Virus record (IMG/VR): IMGVR_UViG_3300032314_000513
Span: 20,380 to 84,379 of that record
DNA: 64,000 nt
Direction: 5' to 3' (one strand)
Origin: a virus
Taxonomy: Duplodnaviria; Caudoviricetes
Shown here: piece after piece, positions 48,108 through 57,916 of the stretch
Position numbering within the stretch: the first letter of the stretch is position 1
How the letters are laid out: each line of letters begins with the position of its first letter
Program-made: the position numbers and the translations under genes
The notes under the pieces: generated by a model
Told to the model about the DNA's origin: nothing
Seen by the model: the letters and a program-made list of their open reading frames with translations, nothing else
The model's database searches: none

Positions 48108-48458
48108 ATGGCATGGTTAATGACAGGAGCATCAGTTGTTCAAGCAGGTACCGCAGTAGCGAGTACAATTGCAAGTACAAGAGATAATAGATTAAGAACA
48201 CAATATGAACAACAGTTAGGTTTATTAGACTTTGACCAAAAAAAGCAATTAAATGATGCTTTGATTAAAGCCCAAGATGAAACATCTAGGCAGCAAATAT
48301 TAGCAAATGCTTTAGGAGGTGTTAGTCAAGCTAGAGTACAAACTTTTGGAAATATTGCTTTAGAAAGAGAAAAAACTAATCAAGTTGTAACTATTCTAGG
48401 AGTTGTTGCAGGTATTGGTCTTTTAGGTTTCTTATTATACACAACTAAAAAATCATAA
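48108..48458 (+). CDS. C-anchored membrane protein, ejection-protein-like N-terminus
   Basis: MAWLMTGASVVQAG; C-terminal TM. Confidence 0.65.
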   Translation: MAWLMTGASVVQAGTAVASTIASTRDNRLRTQYEQQLGLLDFDQKKQLNDALIKAQDETSRQQILANALGGVSQARVQTFGNIALEREKTNQVVTILGVVAGIGLLGFLLYTTKKS

Positions 48459-48459
48459 A

Positions 48460-48822
48460 ATGGCAATTTTAGAAGGACAAATATTAACGCCAAATAAAAA
48501 GTCTATTTTGGCAGATGAGCTTAAACTTGAGTTAGATAACTTAAATAAAGCCATAGCTTTAGGCGGTATTGATGCAGGTCAAAAACAAGCAATAGATGCT
48601 AGTAAAGTGGCTATTCAAAAAGTTTTAAATAGTATATTAAGCAAAAGAGGGGTTGTTACTCCTGATGAAACGGATAACGCTTTAAAGAAAATTGATGAAG
48701 CTAAAAGAGCAAGACTTCAAAATGATTTTTATGGAAGTATCAAAAAATATGGAATTTATATAGCTATAGCTATTGTTGCAGGAGCAGGATTATATTATTA
48801 TACAAAAAATAGTGCAAAATGA
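48460..48822 (+). CDS. C-anchored membrane protein
   Basis: YIAIAIVAGAGLYYY. Confidence 0.7.
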   Translation: MAILEGQILTPNKKSILADELKLELDNLNKAIALGGIDAGQKQAIDASKVAIQKVLNSILSKRGVVTPDETDNALKKIDEAKRARLQNDFYGSIKKYGIYIAIAIVAGAGLYYYTKNSAK

Positions 48823-49151
48823 ATACGAATGTAAAAAAACTTTTATTAATTTTTGGAGGTGGATTTTTGCTTTTTTGGGCTTTTAAAAAAATAAAGCCTA
48901 TTGATGTTAAAAAGAAAAGTACATCTAAATCAGATTCAAATGCTTCTGCTGATGGAAATTCTGAAGAAAAAATTAAAAATGCTAAAATATGCTTAAAAGC
49001 ATTTATGGAAGCAAAAAAAGCAGGTGAATCAAAAGAATTTTTAGCTGATATGAATAGAGAGTTTTCTAAAGAGTATGGCTTAAAAGTAATGCCTAATAAA
49101 AGTAACGGTAAATTATTTATAGCTGATTTAGAAGGTAATAAAGTTATATAA
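48819..49151 (+). CDS. N-anchored membrane protein
   Basis: LLLIFGGGFLLFWAFKK. Confidence 0.7.
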   Translation: MNTNVKKLLLIFGGGFLLFWAFKKIKPIDVKKKSTSKSDSNASADGNSEEKIKNAKICLKAFMEAKKAGESKEFLADMNREFSKEYGLKVMPNKSNGKLFIADLEGNKVI

Positions 49152-49162
49152 CTTAATTAACA

Positions 49163-49834
49163 ATGGCAGAAGTACAGGCTTTAGCATTAACGCAGGAACA
49201 ATTACTGCAATTTCAGATAGTAAATAATACAAATTTTCCTATCCCTAACATTCCGTTTTTAACACAGAATGATAGTTTTAATGCTACAACTCAATATCAA
49301 TATACACTTCCACCAAATCTTAATATACCAACTGTAATAACGCCTGTTGTTACTATTTTAAATACACCTGCATTACAAACAATAATTCCTATTGATGTTA
49401 CTACAGGAACTCAACTTACTTATGAGCAAATAACTACATCTATTAGTACTAATAATTATAGTACTAATTTCTTTTATGCTCAATCTGTAAGTTGTAATCA
49501 AGTAGGTCAGGTATTTACATATAATGATACTGATATAGCAGGTAATGGAACTGTAAATGCACTTCCATTTACTATTGACCCTTATCAAAAACAATGTGCT
49601 GTTTATTATTATCCTCCTGAAAATCTTGTAACTTTTAATGGTACTAGTTCATTAAACTTTACTATGTTAGCTGATACTACATTAAATTTAAAAGTATTTT
49701 CTAGTAGTACTTCTCCTTCTCAAATATTAGATGAAATATCAGGATACAAAGACAATGCTTTTACAGAAATAGAAGCGGCTATGGGTTCTGATGTATTTAC
49801 TGATTATTGTAACTATTTAATTGATAACGAATAA
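49163..49834 (+). CDS. Paralogue of the putative major capsid protein
   Basis: DIAGN...IDPYQKQ aligns with DANGN...IDPYQQQ. Confidence 0.7.
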   Translation: MAEVQALALTQEQLLQFQIVNNTNFPIPNIPFLTQNDSFNATTQYQYTLPPNLNIPTVITPVVTILNTPALQTIIPIDVTTGTQLTYEQITTSISTNNYSTNFFYAQSVSCNQVGQVFTYNDTDIAGNGTVNALPFTIDPYQKQCAVYYYPPENLVTFNGTSSLNFTMLADTTLNLKVFSSSTSPSQILDEISGYKDNAFTEIEAAMGSDVFTDYCNYLIDNE

Positions 49835-52545
49835 TGCCAAGTTTTACAATAAATATTAATGGAGATAACTATACAGTAGGCTATGATGGAACATTTAATA
49901 GTCCACAAGGCTTACTTCCTGCATTAAATAATTTAGGATTTGGTACATTTTGGATAGAACAAGTTAGTGGAAATAATGTATTAACTACAACAGACAATGT
50001 TAATGTATATTCAACTGCTGAGACTAATTCTGACCCAACTACGACTACTACAACAAGTACGACTACAACAAGTACTACTATAGCTCCTATTCCAACAAGT
50101 ACGACCACTAGTACAAGTACTACAACGACTACAGAAACTTCTACAAGTACAACTACAACGAGTACAACACTTGCTCCGACAACGAGTACGACCACAACTA
50201 CAACTACTCCTGCAGGACCAACAACAACGAGTACGACAACAACTACTACAACATTATTTGCTCAAACAGTAAGATATGCAAGTAATCAAACAGATGCTTG
50301 TTTAAATCCAACAGGTACTCAGAATGTAACAGGTAACGCTACATCTTTTTGTGGTTGTACGATATTTAATTCAGCAGGTTTTGTAACGCTTCCTAATGGA
50401 AACTATGTTTTAGCTTATAGCGGTAGCACTTTAAATATTAATATTTCAGGATTCCCAACTACAACTGCAACTGTTTATGGTGGTGGATGCGGAACTTGTC
50501 CTTTAAGTACTTCAACTACCACTACAAGTACTACCCTACAACAAGTTTGGTATCAATTAACAAATTGTAATGGAGGCGGTACTGTTTATACAACAAATTA
50601 TGATATTGGCTATGCAATAGTAGGTGATAGAGTATTTGGAACTGTTTTAGGTGTTCCTTCAACTTTAGTAGTGGCAAGTGTATTATTTAGCAACCCCGGT
50701 GGAACTCAAATAGGGATTGTTAATTCAGGGTTAACAGGCTGTCCTGCTTCTACTACAACTACTACAACTACTACAACATTACCTCCTGTAACTTTAGATT
50801 TAACTGCTAATTGTACAGGAGTTACGCAAACAATAACGATAGATAATTTCGCAGGTGGTGATGGTGTAACTTATTATGCAAATGACACTACTTATGATAA
50901 TCCTTCTTCTGCATCAGGTGGAGCTACAAGCATTATCGTAGGTGGAACTAGAACTTATAATAATCAACCAAACGGAACTAGATATATATATGTTTTTAGT
51001 GCAAGTAGAAATACTGTTAAACAAGGTGGTCAAACTGATTGTGTAACTACAACAAGTACAACTACAACTACTACAACTATACAACAAGTATGGTATGCAA
51101 TGGATATTTGTGATGTAGGTGGAACAGCTAATTCGACAAATTATGATATTGGCTATGCTGCAGTAACAGACAGGGTGTTTGGGACAGTTTCAGGCACTCC
51201 AAGAACATTAGTAGTTACTTCAGTATTAACTTCAGACCCCGGTGGAACACAAATAGGGATTACTAATTCAGGTTTAACAGGTTGTCCTACCACTACAAGT
51301 ACTACGACTACTACTACTACCCAAGCACCTGTCAATGCAAGTGTTAACTCGGTATGTACAGGAATTACGCAAACAATAACTGTAAATAACTTTACAGGTG
51401 GAGATGGAGCAACATATTATGCTAATACAACTACTTATGCAGACCCTGTAAGTGCTGCTGCAGGTCCTGTTACTTTAGTAATTGGTGGAACAAGAGATTA
51501 TCTAAATCAAACAAATGGTACTAGATATATTTATATAACATCTACAATCAGAACAAATGTTGTATCAGGTGGTCAAGTTTGTACAACAACAACAACTACT
51601 ACTTCTACTTCAACAAGTACAACAAGCACAACTTTTACAACTAGCAGTACAACAACTACGACTACTCTTCCTCCAATTAATGTTACTATAAGCTCGGTGT
51701 GTACAGGAGTTACTCAAACAATAAGTTTAAATTCATTCAGCGGTGGAGATGAAACTACTTATTTTGCAAGTGACACAACTTATTCTAGTCCTGCCTTAGC
51801 AGTTGCAGGTCCAACAAGTATAATTGTAGGAGGAACAAGAAGTTATACAAATCAGCCAAATGGAACAAGATATGTATATGTAACATCAGGAAATGTTAAT
51901 GTTATTAAGCAAGATGGTCAAACTTGTACTACGACAACTTCTACTACAACAAGTACAACTACTTTACCAATAACTAGTACTACAACTACGACTACAACTT
52001 TGCCAATAACTAGTACAACTACGACTACAACAACTTTACCTCCTGTAACTGCTAATATTAGCTCAGTTTGTACAGGAATTACCCAAACAATAACAGTTGA
52101 TACATTTGGCGGTGGAAGTGGAACTTATTTTGCAAGTACGACAACTTATGGAGACCCTGCAAGTGCAGCATCAGGTCCTGTAACTTCAGTTTCAGGCTCA
52201 AGAGATTATACAAATCAGCCAAATGGTACACGATATGTATATGTAACTTCAACAGGTGGTGCTCCTGTAGTGAAGCAAGGCGGACAAACTTGTACTACGA
52301 CAACTTCTACTACAACAAGTACAACTACTACTGCTCCAACTTGTACATCTTGGAATGTAGCTAATTTTAATGGATTTGGATTAACTGATACTGTTTTCTA
52401 TGTAGATTGTGCAGGTACTTCTACATCTCAAATTGTAAATGACGGCAATCAATTTGATATTTGTGTATTAGATTCAGGAATACCTACTCCTTATATGGAA
52501 TTTGGATATGGTTCAGTTAATACTAATTCAACCCCTTGCACTTAA
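49834..52545 (+). CDS. Thr-rich mucin-like surface protein with Cys-bounded repeat domains
   Basis: Poly-Thr linkers; two QVWY domains and four CTG[VI]TQT domains. Confidence 0.85.
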   Translation: MPSFTININGDNYTVGYDGTFNSPQGLLPALNNLGFGTFWIEQVSGNNVLTTTDNVNVYSTAETNSDPTTTTTTSTTTTSTTIAPIPTSTTTSTSTTTTTETSTSTTTTSTTLAPTTSTTTTTTTPAGPTTTSTTTTTTTLFAQTVRYASNQTDACLNPTGTQNVTGNATSFCGCTIFNSAGFVTLPNGNYVLAYSGSTLNINISGFPTTTATVYGGGCGTCPLSTSTTTTSTTLQQVWYQLTNCNGGGTVYTTNYDIGYAIVGDRVFGTVLGVPSTLVVASVLFSNPGGTQIGIVNSGLTGCPASTTTTTTTTTLPPVTLDLTANCTGVTQTITIDNFAGGDGVTYYANDTTYDNPSSASGGATSIIVGGTRTYNNQPNGTRYIYVFSASRNTVKQGGQTDCVTTTSTTTTTTTIQQVWYAMDICDVGGTANSTNYDIGYAAVTDRVFGTVSGTPRTLVVTSVLTSDPGGTQIGITNSGLTGCPTTTSTTTTTTTQAPVNASVNSVCTGITQTITVNNFTGGDGATYYANTTTYADPVSAAAGPVTLVIGGTRDYLNQTNGTRYIYITSTIRTNVVSGGQVCTTTTTTTSTSTSTTSTTFTTSSTTTTTTLPPINVTISSVCTGVTQTISLNSFSGGDETTYFASDTTYSSPALAVAGPTSIIVGGTRSYTNQPNGTRYVYVTSGNVNVIKQDGQTCTTTTSTTTSTTTLPITSTTTTTTTLPITSTTTTTTTLPPVTANISSVCTGITQTITVDTFGGGSGTYFASTTTYGDPASAASGPVTSVSGSRDYTNQPNGTRYVYVTSTGGAPVVKQGGQTCTTTTSTTTSTTTTAPTCTSWNVANFNGFGLTDTVFYVDCAGTSTSQIVNDGNQFDICVLDSGIPTPYMEFGYGSVNTNSTPCT

Positions 52546-52612
52546 AATTTTAATAAAATATTGATTATTTTAGATAAATGCCTTAATTTTATAACTTAAA
52601 AAAAACCATAAA

Positions 52613-53602
52613 ATGTACAAACATAAGACCCTAACACTAATGTGTGTTCAGCCTTGCATACAATACTATGCTTGGCAAGTGGAAGTGATGTTAACCAATT
52701 TCAAAAATCTTAGAATCCACGAAGAATTTAATGTTCATACCCTTTGGGCGTTTAATAAGAACGAATCCGATTGGGAAGCAAAAAGAGCCATTATCAAGAA
52801 AGTAGAAGATGCTTACTCTGATGTGGCTGAATTTCATTATTACGAAGACACAAGAGAATATCCAATAAGTTACATAAGCTCAATTAGACCTAATGTACTT
52901 AAACAGCATTTTCAAGCATTTCCTGAATTAAGTGATGAAACTATATTTTACCACGACTGTGATGTAGTTTTTACTCGTTTCCCTCTATTTTTACATAATT
53001 ACCAACAAAAAGATAATAATTGGTATGTATCTGATACTATTTCTTATATAGGGCATAATTACATACAATCTAAAGGGGATGATGTATTGAAAAAAATGTG
53101 TGATATAGTAGGTATTTATAAAGATGAAGTTAGACTTAGAGAAGGACAATCAGGTGGTGCTCAATACATTATGAAAAATGTAGATTTTGCTTTTTTCCAT
53201 AAAGTAGAAAAAGATTCAGAAAAACTTTTTAAAGAAATAACTGAGCTTAACAATAAAAAGAAACAAGCTGACCCAACCCATCATGAATTACAAATATGGT
53301 GTGCTGATATGTGGGCTGTTTTATGGAACGCTTGGATGAGAGGTTATAATACTAATGTAATTAAAGAAATGGACTTTTGTTGGGCTACTGATTCAGCTAA
53401 AACATGGGAGGAAAAGATATTATTCCATAATGCAGGTGTAACAGGAAGTCCTAATGAAAAACTTTTTTATAAAGGTAAATATATAGCACAATTGCCTTAC
53501 GAAGATGAAGGATTAGATTATGATGTTGAAAAGGCTTCATATAAGTATTTTGAAATTATTAAATCAATCGGTAAAAATTCATGTTTATATGGGACTATTT
53601 AA
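52613..53602 (+). CDS. GT95/GT96-like protein O-glycosyltransferase
   Basis: YYAWQ, SIRP, HDCD, GGAQY, WCADMWA. Confidence 0.65.
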   Translation: MYKHKTLTLMCVQPCIQYYAWQVEVMLTNFKNLRIHEEFNVHTLWAFNKNESDWEAKRAIIKKVEDAYSDVAEFHYYEDTREYPISYISSIRPNVLKQHFQAFPELSDETIFYHDCDVVFTRFPLFLHNYQQKDNNWYVSDTISYIGHNYIQSKGDDVLKKMCDIVGIYKDEVRLREGQSGGAQYIMKNVDFAFFHKVEKDSEKLFKEITELNNKKKQADPTHHELQIWCADMWAVLWNAWMRGYNTNVIKEMDFCWATDSAKTWEEKILFHNAGVTGSPNEKLFYKGKYIAQLPYEDEGLDYDVEKASYKYFEIIKSIGKNSCLYGTI

Positions 53603-53819
53603 TAAAATACAAGAAATTGTAACAGCATATTCAACAATGATGAATCCTACTGAAGAACAGAAGCAAGTTGCAGGAAGAAGATTACAAGTTTGTATGACTT
53701 GCGAGGCTTGGAGAAATGTTCCTGTAGACCATTGCTCAAAATGTGGATGTGCTACTAAAGCAAAAGTATTTACACCAAAAGGACAAGAAGCATGTCCTAT
53801 GGGTAAATGGACAATTTAA
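53589..53819 (+). CDS. Small Cys-rich metal-binding protein (DUF6171-like)
   Basis: RRLQVCMTC...CSKCGC...CPMGKW; start moved to MGLFNK. Confidence 0.7.
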   Translation: MGLFNKIQEIVTAYSTMMNPTEEQKQVAGRRLQVCMTCEAWRNVPVDHCSKCGCATKAKVFTPKGQEACPMGKWTI

Positions 53820-53828
53820 AATTAATTT

Positions 53829-54329
53829 ATGCCCTATTCGTATAACCTCTTTAAAGATGAAGTAAAGAAAAATATTGTAAATACATTTGAAAGAGATATA
53901 CAAATTTTAGATGTTGGTGCAGGTTGTGGTACCTATTCTAATTTGCTTAAAGCCAATTTCCCTAATATGGATGGGATTGAGATTTTTGAGCAATATGTTA
54001 ATGATTTCGATTTGCGTTCAAAGTACAATAAATTATATATATCTAATATATTAGATTTTGACATCAAGCCTTATGATTTATTTATAATGGGAGACATCAT
54101 TGAGCACTTAACATTTTATGAAGCTAAAAATTTGATTGATAAAATACATAGAGCAGATAAGTTTATGATGATTGCTGTACCTTATAATTACGAGCAAGGT
54201 GCTGAATTTGGTAATGTACATGAAATACATAAACAACCTGATTTGACTAAAGAGCTTTTTTTAGAAAGATATCCTTGTATGAAATATTTAATTGGAGATG
54301 ACCATTATGGTTATTTTACAAACTATTAA
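53829..54329 (+). CDS. Class I SAM methyltransferase
   Basis: ILDVGAGCG, GDIIEHL. Confidence 0.85.
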   Translation: MPYSYNLFKDEVKKNIVNTFERDIQILDVGAGCGTYSNLLKANFPNMDGIEIFEQYVNDFDLRSKYNKLYISNILDFDIKPYDLFIMGDIIEHLTFYEAKNLIDKIHRADKFMMIAVPYNYEQGAEFGNVHEIHKQPDLTKELFLERYPCMKYLIGDDHYGYFTNY

Positions 54330-54331
54330 TT

Positions 54332-55039
54332 ATGAGACTACCTACTGAATATGTAGAAACAAGAAAAAAGTACATTCTTTTTAAAAATGATTGTGGTGTT
54401 ACAGATATGACACGAAGGGGAGGTATTTATGAACATTATATATTTGATTACATAAAAGAAAAATTAAATGTACAAGGCACTACAATTATTGATGTAGGTG
54501 CTAATTTTGGTTTCCATACTTTAGAGTTTGCTGATTTGGTGGGTGATGAAGGGAAAGTATATTCTTTTGAGCCACAAAGATTGGTTTATTATCAATTATG
54601 TGGTAATGTTATTTTAAATGGAAGGGGTAATATATATCCCAATAATGTTGCCTTAAGTGATGAGAAAACCATTTTAAAAATGGAAAACTTACAATATTAT
54701 TCAGAGGAGGCAATAAACATAGGTAATGCACATTTAGATGCTTGTACTCACTTAGCTTATAATATGGTTGATGTTAATACTTTAGATTCATTTGAATTTG
54801 ATAATGTAAGTGTTTTAAAGATTGATGTACAAGGATATGAGCCAAAAGTTTTAGATGGAGCAAAAGAAACAATTTTAAAAAATAAACCTGTAATATTTAT
54901 TGAAGTGGAATCACCTCAATTAAGCATTTATGGATGGAACGAAAATGATATTTTTAGCCGTTTAGAAGCATTAGGATATACTTATACTAAAGTTATTGAT
55001 GCTGAACATTTGGTTGATTATGTTGCAATACCAAAATAA
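54332..55039 (+). CDS. FkbM-family methyltransferase
   Basis: DVGANFG, SFEP, KIDVQGYE. Confidence 0.9.
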   Translation: MRLPTEYVETRKKYILFKNDCGVTDMTRRGGIYEHYIFDYIKEKLNVQGTTIIDVGANFGFHTLEFADLVGDEGKVYSFEPQRLVYYQLCGNVILNGRGNIYPNNVALSDEKTILKMENLQYYSEEAINIGNAHLDACTHLAYNMVDVNTLDSFEFDNVSVLKIDVQGYEPKVLDGAKETILKNKPVIFIEVESPQLSIYGWNENDIFSRLEALGYTYTKVIDAEHLVDYVAIPK

Positions 55040-55041
55040 CC

Positions 55042-55692
55042 ATGATATTAGATTACTTTGAAGGAGCTTTCTACTTGAATTTAGATAAGCGTACAGAAAG
55101 AAAAGAAGCTTTTGAGAAAAGAAGCTCAGAAATTGGAATACAAGCCGAAAGGTTTTCCGCTACTCAATTAGGTGAAGGTGATGTACCAAACCCATTGAGA
55201 AATAAAGATTGGCATATAAAAATATCATGCACTTATTCTCATTTTGAAATGATTAAAGAAGCTAAAAGAAGAGGATGGAAGAATTGTTTAATATTTGAAG
55301 ATGATTGCATATTTGAACCAAATTTTATTGAAAAAATGAAAGAATGTGTACAAGAATTAAAACAAATAGAATGGGATATGTTTTATATGGGTGGTGAGCC
55401 TAATGCTGAATGTTATTCTATTTCTGATAATCTTGCTAAATGTACTACAGGACTTTATGGTACACATGCTTATGCAATAAATGAATGTTTTTATGATAAA
55501 ATTTTAAGCATACCATATACTTCAGGTGTTATTGACACATTATATTTATTTTATGATAGGAATAATAAGAACTATCTAATGTCAAAAGACCTATTAGTAA
55601 TACAAGATGAAGAATTTGTAAGTGATTTATGGAATGGAAAAATAAAAAGAACAGAACAATATCAAGAAGCCTATAAAAAATGGATAAAATGA
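55042..55692 (+). CDS. GT25 glycosyltransferase
   Basis: LNLDKRTER, CTYSH, IFEDD. Confidence 0.88.
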   Translation: MILDYFEGAFYLNLDKRTERKEAFEKRSSEIGIQAERFSATQLGEGDVPNPLRNKDWHIKISCTYSHFEMIKEAKRRGWKNCLIFEDDCIFEPNFIEKMKECVQELKQIEWDMFYMGGEPNAECYSISDNLAKCTTGLYGTHAYAINECFYDKILSIPYTSGVIDTLYLFYDRNNKNYLMSKDLLVIQDEEFVSDLWNGKIKRTEQYQEAYKKWIK

Positions 55693-56510
55693 AAAAATTA
55701 AGCTTTGTATGTACATCATACCGCAGATTTACATGTGTAGAAAGAATTGTTGCTCAATTTCATGCACAAACATACCCAAACAAGGAATTAATCATTTTTA
55801 ATACAGATGAGGAGTACCCTTATAGTTTGGGATTTGAGGATAGCTCTATAATAATTGTAAATAATGGAATAAACTACCAAACAGGAACTCCTTATGAAAA
55901 TAGAGGACAGATATGTAGAGATGCTGTAACACATGCTACAGGAGATTATTTCATGTTGGCAGATGATGATGACATTTATTTGCCTTGGCACATGCAACAA
56001 GCTGTAGATGGTATTGAGGCTAATCGAAAAGATGCTTGGAAACCTGAGCAAAGCTTTTTTGCTACACCCAATAAAGTACAAATGGTAATGAATACACTTG
56101 AGGCATCAGTTATTGTAAAAATGGAAAGGATAAGAGAAATTGGATTTAGAAGCGATATTACAGGATATGAAGGCCTAAGTTGGTACACTCAATTAAGAGA
56201 TGAAAAGCACTTAGATGAGCATAACAAGTATTATGTTCCTTCTTATTGTTTTAATTGGTCTGACCCTCATGAGATAGCAGGTCATAAGCAAAGTGGTGCT
56301 ATCGGTAGTCCCAATAATTTTGAAAATCATAAAGAAGCATCAAAAGATTATGCTAAACGACCTTTAGAGAAAATTTCTGAAGAAAAATTAAGGGAAACCT
56401 ACAAACCATATTATCATTATTTAAGAAAACATGTTGAAGATTTCCCCTTGGAGTTAATAAGTAAGTATATCCCTACTCAGGTATTTCAGGTAGAGAATTT
56501 ATTGTATTAA
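55689..56510 (+). CDS. GT2-like glycosyltransferase
   Basis: QTYPNKELII, ADDDDIY; start moved to the ATGA overlap. Confidence 0.85.
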   Translation: MKKLSFVCTSYRRFTCVERIVAQFHAQTYPNKELIIFNTDEEYPYSLGFEDSSIIIVNNGINYQTGTPYENRGQICRDAVTHATGDYFMLADDDDIYLPWHMQQAVDGIEANRKDAWKPEQSFFATPNKVQMVMNTLEASVIVKMERIREIGFRSDITGYEGLSWYTQLRDEKHLDEHNKYYVPSYCFNWSDPHEIAGHKQSGAIGSPNNFENHKEASKDYAKRPLEKISEEKLRETYKPYYHYLRKHVEDFPLELISKYIPTQVFQVENLLY

Positions 56511-57507
56511 TTACAGAAGCTTGTTTTAATGAAGTAACTTTCTTTCCATCAATAATTTTAATGTTATTGTCCTCATCTAAGCTTAAAATAGCACCACCCT
56601 CAAGTTGGCCATCCATTTCTACTGCTTTTTTGCCATAGAAATCTTTTGGTAACATTTTAGATAACTGAATTAAAGCAGTCTTTCTGACCATCCACATTTG
56701 TGGGTCTTTTTTGTCATTAAAATATAAATCATTGTCATAACGAGAAAGGGCCTTAATCTTTAAAATTTCCCCTTTTGACAATACTTGGAACTGATAATCA
56801 CCATTCTTTAGTTTTGCCACCGCATAAACGAATTTAAGCGTATTAGCAGACCTTTCTGTATCAAAGTTAGGTTTATGTATAATATTCTGCTCAAGGCCGT
56901 AAATCGCCTCAAAATGGTCTCCTTCGTATACACATTCAGTATGTATCTTGGTTATCTCTCCTGACCTTAAAAGGATGCTTACAAGTCCTTTATAGCCAAT
57001 TAATGGTGTAACTGTCTGTTTGCCATCAATTCTTCGTGGAATTAGGTAAAACTCACCTAGCATATCACTAGGGATTAAGCCAATTTCTGCTCCTGCTAAT
57101 ATAGAGGCAAATAAGGAACTAGGATTCTCTTTGAACGCATCTATTAGCTTTGGGTTCTTTTTGAGCTCAGAAACGACTATTTGAACAAATTGAGCAGGTT
57201 CTATGTTATGCTTTGATAACAAGTTTGGTAATACCTGCTTTTTATAAGCTTCAAGACTATTATTAAATAGTTGAATAGCTGTTAAAGGTTTTGCAGGGGG
57301 TGGAGGGGGTGCTATCTCTTTCTTTTCTTCAGGCTCAATTACTTCAGGCACCTCATCTTTTTTTGCCCTATTTCTGTTTCTTTGGTCCATTTCTTCTTTG
57401 GATGCAGTTGTGTTTAAAGATACAGGGCTTGTCGATGGTTCTTTTGAAGCAACATCTTCTTTGTTGTCAATTGAGAAAATGTCAGTTTGTTGTAATTTTT
57501 CTTTCAT
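56473..57507 (-). CDS. recT: RecT single-strand annealing protein with disordered N-extension
   Basis: AEIGL...YLIP...IGYKGL, YAVAKL, MVRKTA..QL.K.LP. Confidence 0.88.
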   Translation of the reverse strand: MKEKLQQTDIFSIDNKEDVASKEPSTSPVSLNTTASKEEMDQRNRNRAKKDEVPEVIEPEEKKEIAPPPPPAKPLTAIQLFNNSLEAYKKQVLPNLLSKHNIEPAQFVQIVVSELKKNPKLIDAFKENPSSLFASILAGAEIGLIPSDMLGEFYLIPRRIDGKQTVTPLIGYKGLVSILLRSGEITKIHTECVYEGDHFEAIYGLEQNIIHKPNFDTERSANTLKFVYAVAKLKNGDYQFQVLSKGEILKIKALSRYDNDLYFNDKKDPQMWMVRKTALIQLSKMLPKDFYGKKAVEMDGQLEGGAILSLDEDNNIKIIDGKKVTSLKQASVINTINSLPEIPE

Positions 57508-57530
57508 TTTATGGTTTTTTGTTGAATAAT

Positions 57531-57797
57531 TTATTTTTTCTTGGGTCCAAAATGATTTTTTAAACCTTTTATAAATTGTTTATTAGTGGGAATTAAAGGT
57601 TCTCCTGTAGTGGGATTTCCATATATCTTAACATCGTTTTGGTCTACGGTTCTAATATCTCCTGTATCATATAATCTAATTATGAATTGAGGATTAGAGT
57701 GAATCGAGCCACCAATCATAAAAATTGCTACTCCATATCCTAGTGGAGTTTCTACATCAAAAGGGTTTAATATTTCGTGGATTGTTTGTACTATCAT
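57531..57797 (-). CDS. Hypothetical phage protein
   Basis: VETPLGYG; AACCATAAAATG start context. Confidence 0.7.
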   Translation of the reverse strand: MIVQTIHEILNPFDVETPLGYGVAIFMIGGSIHSNPQFIIRLYDTGDIRTVDQNDVKIYGNPTTGEPLIPTNKQFIKGLKNHFGPKKK

Positions 57798-57916
57798 TTT
57801 ATGGTTATTTTGTTCTATAAATTTTTGTGTATCTCTGTTTTAATTCGCACCAATATCTTATAAAAGATTTATTATATGGTAGATATATTATTTGGTTGCA
57901 TAAATAACATCTGTAT

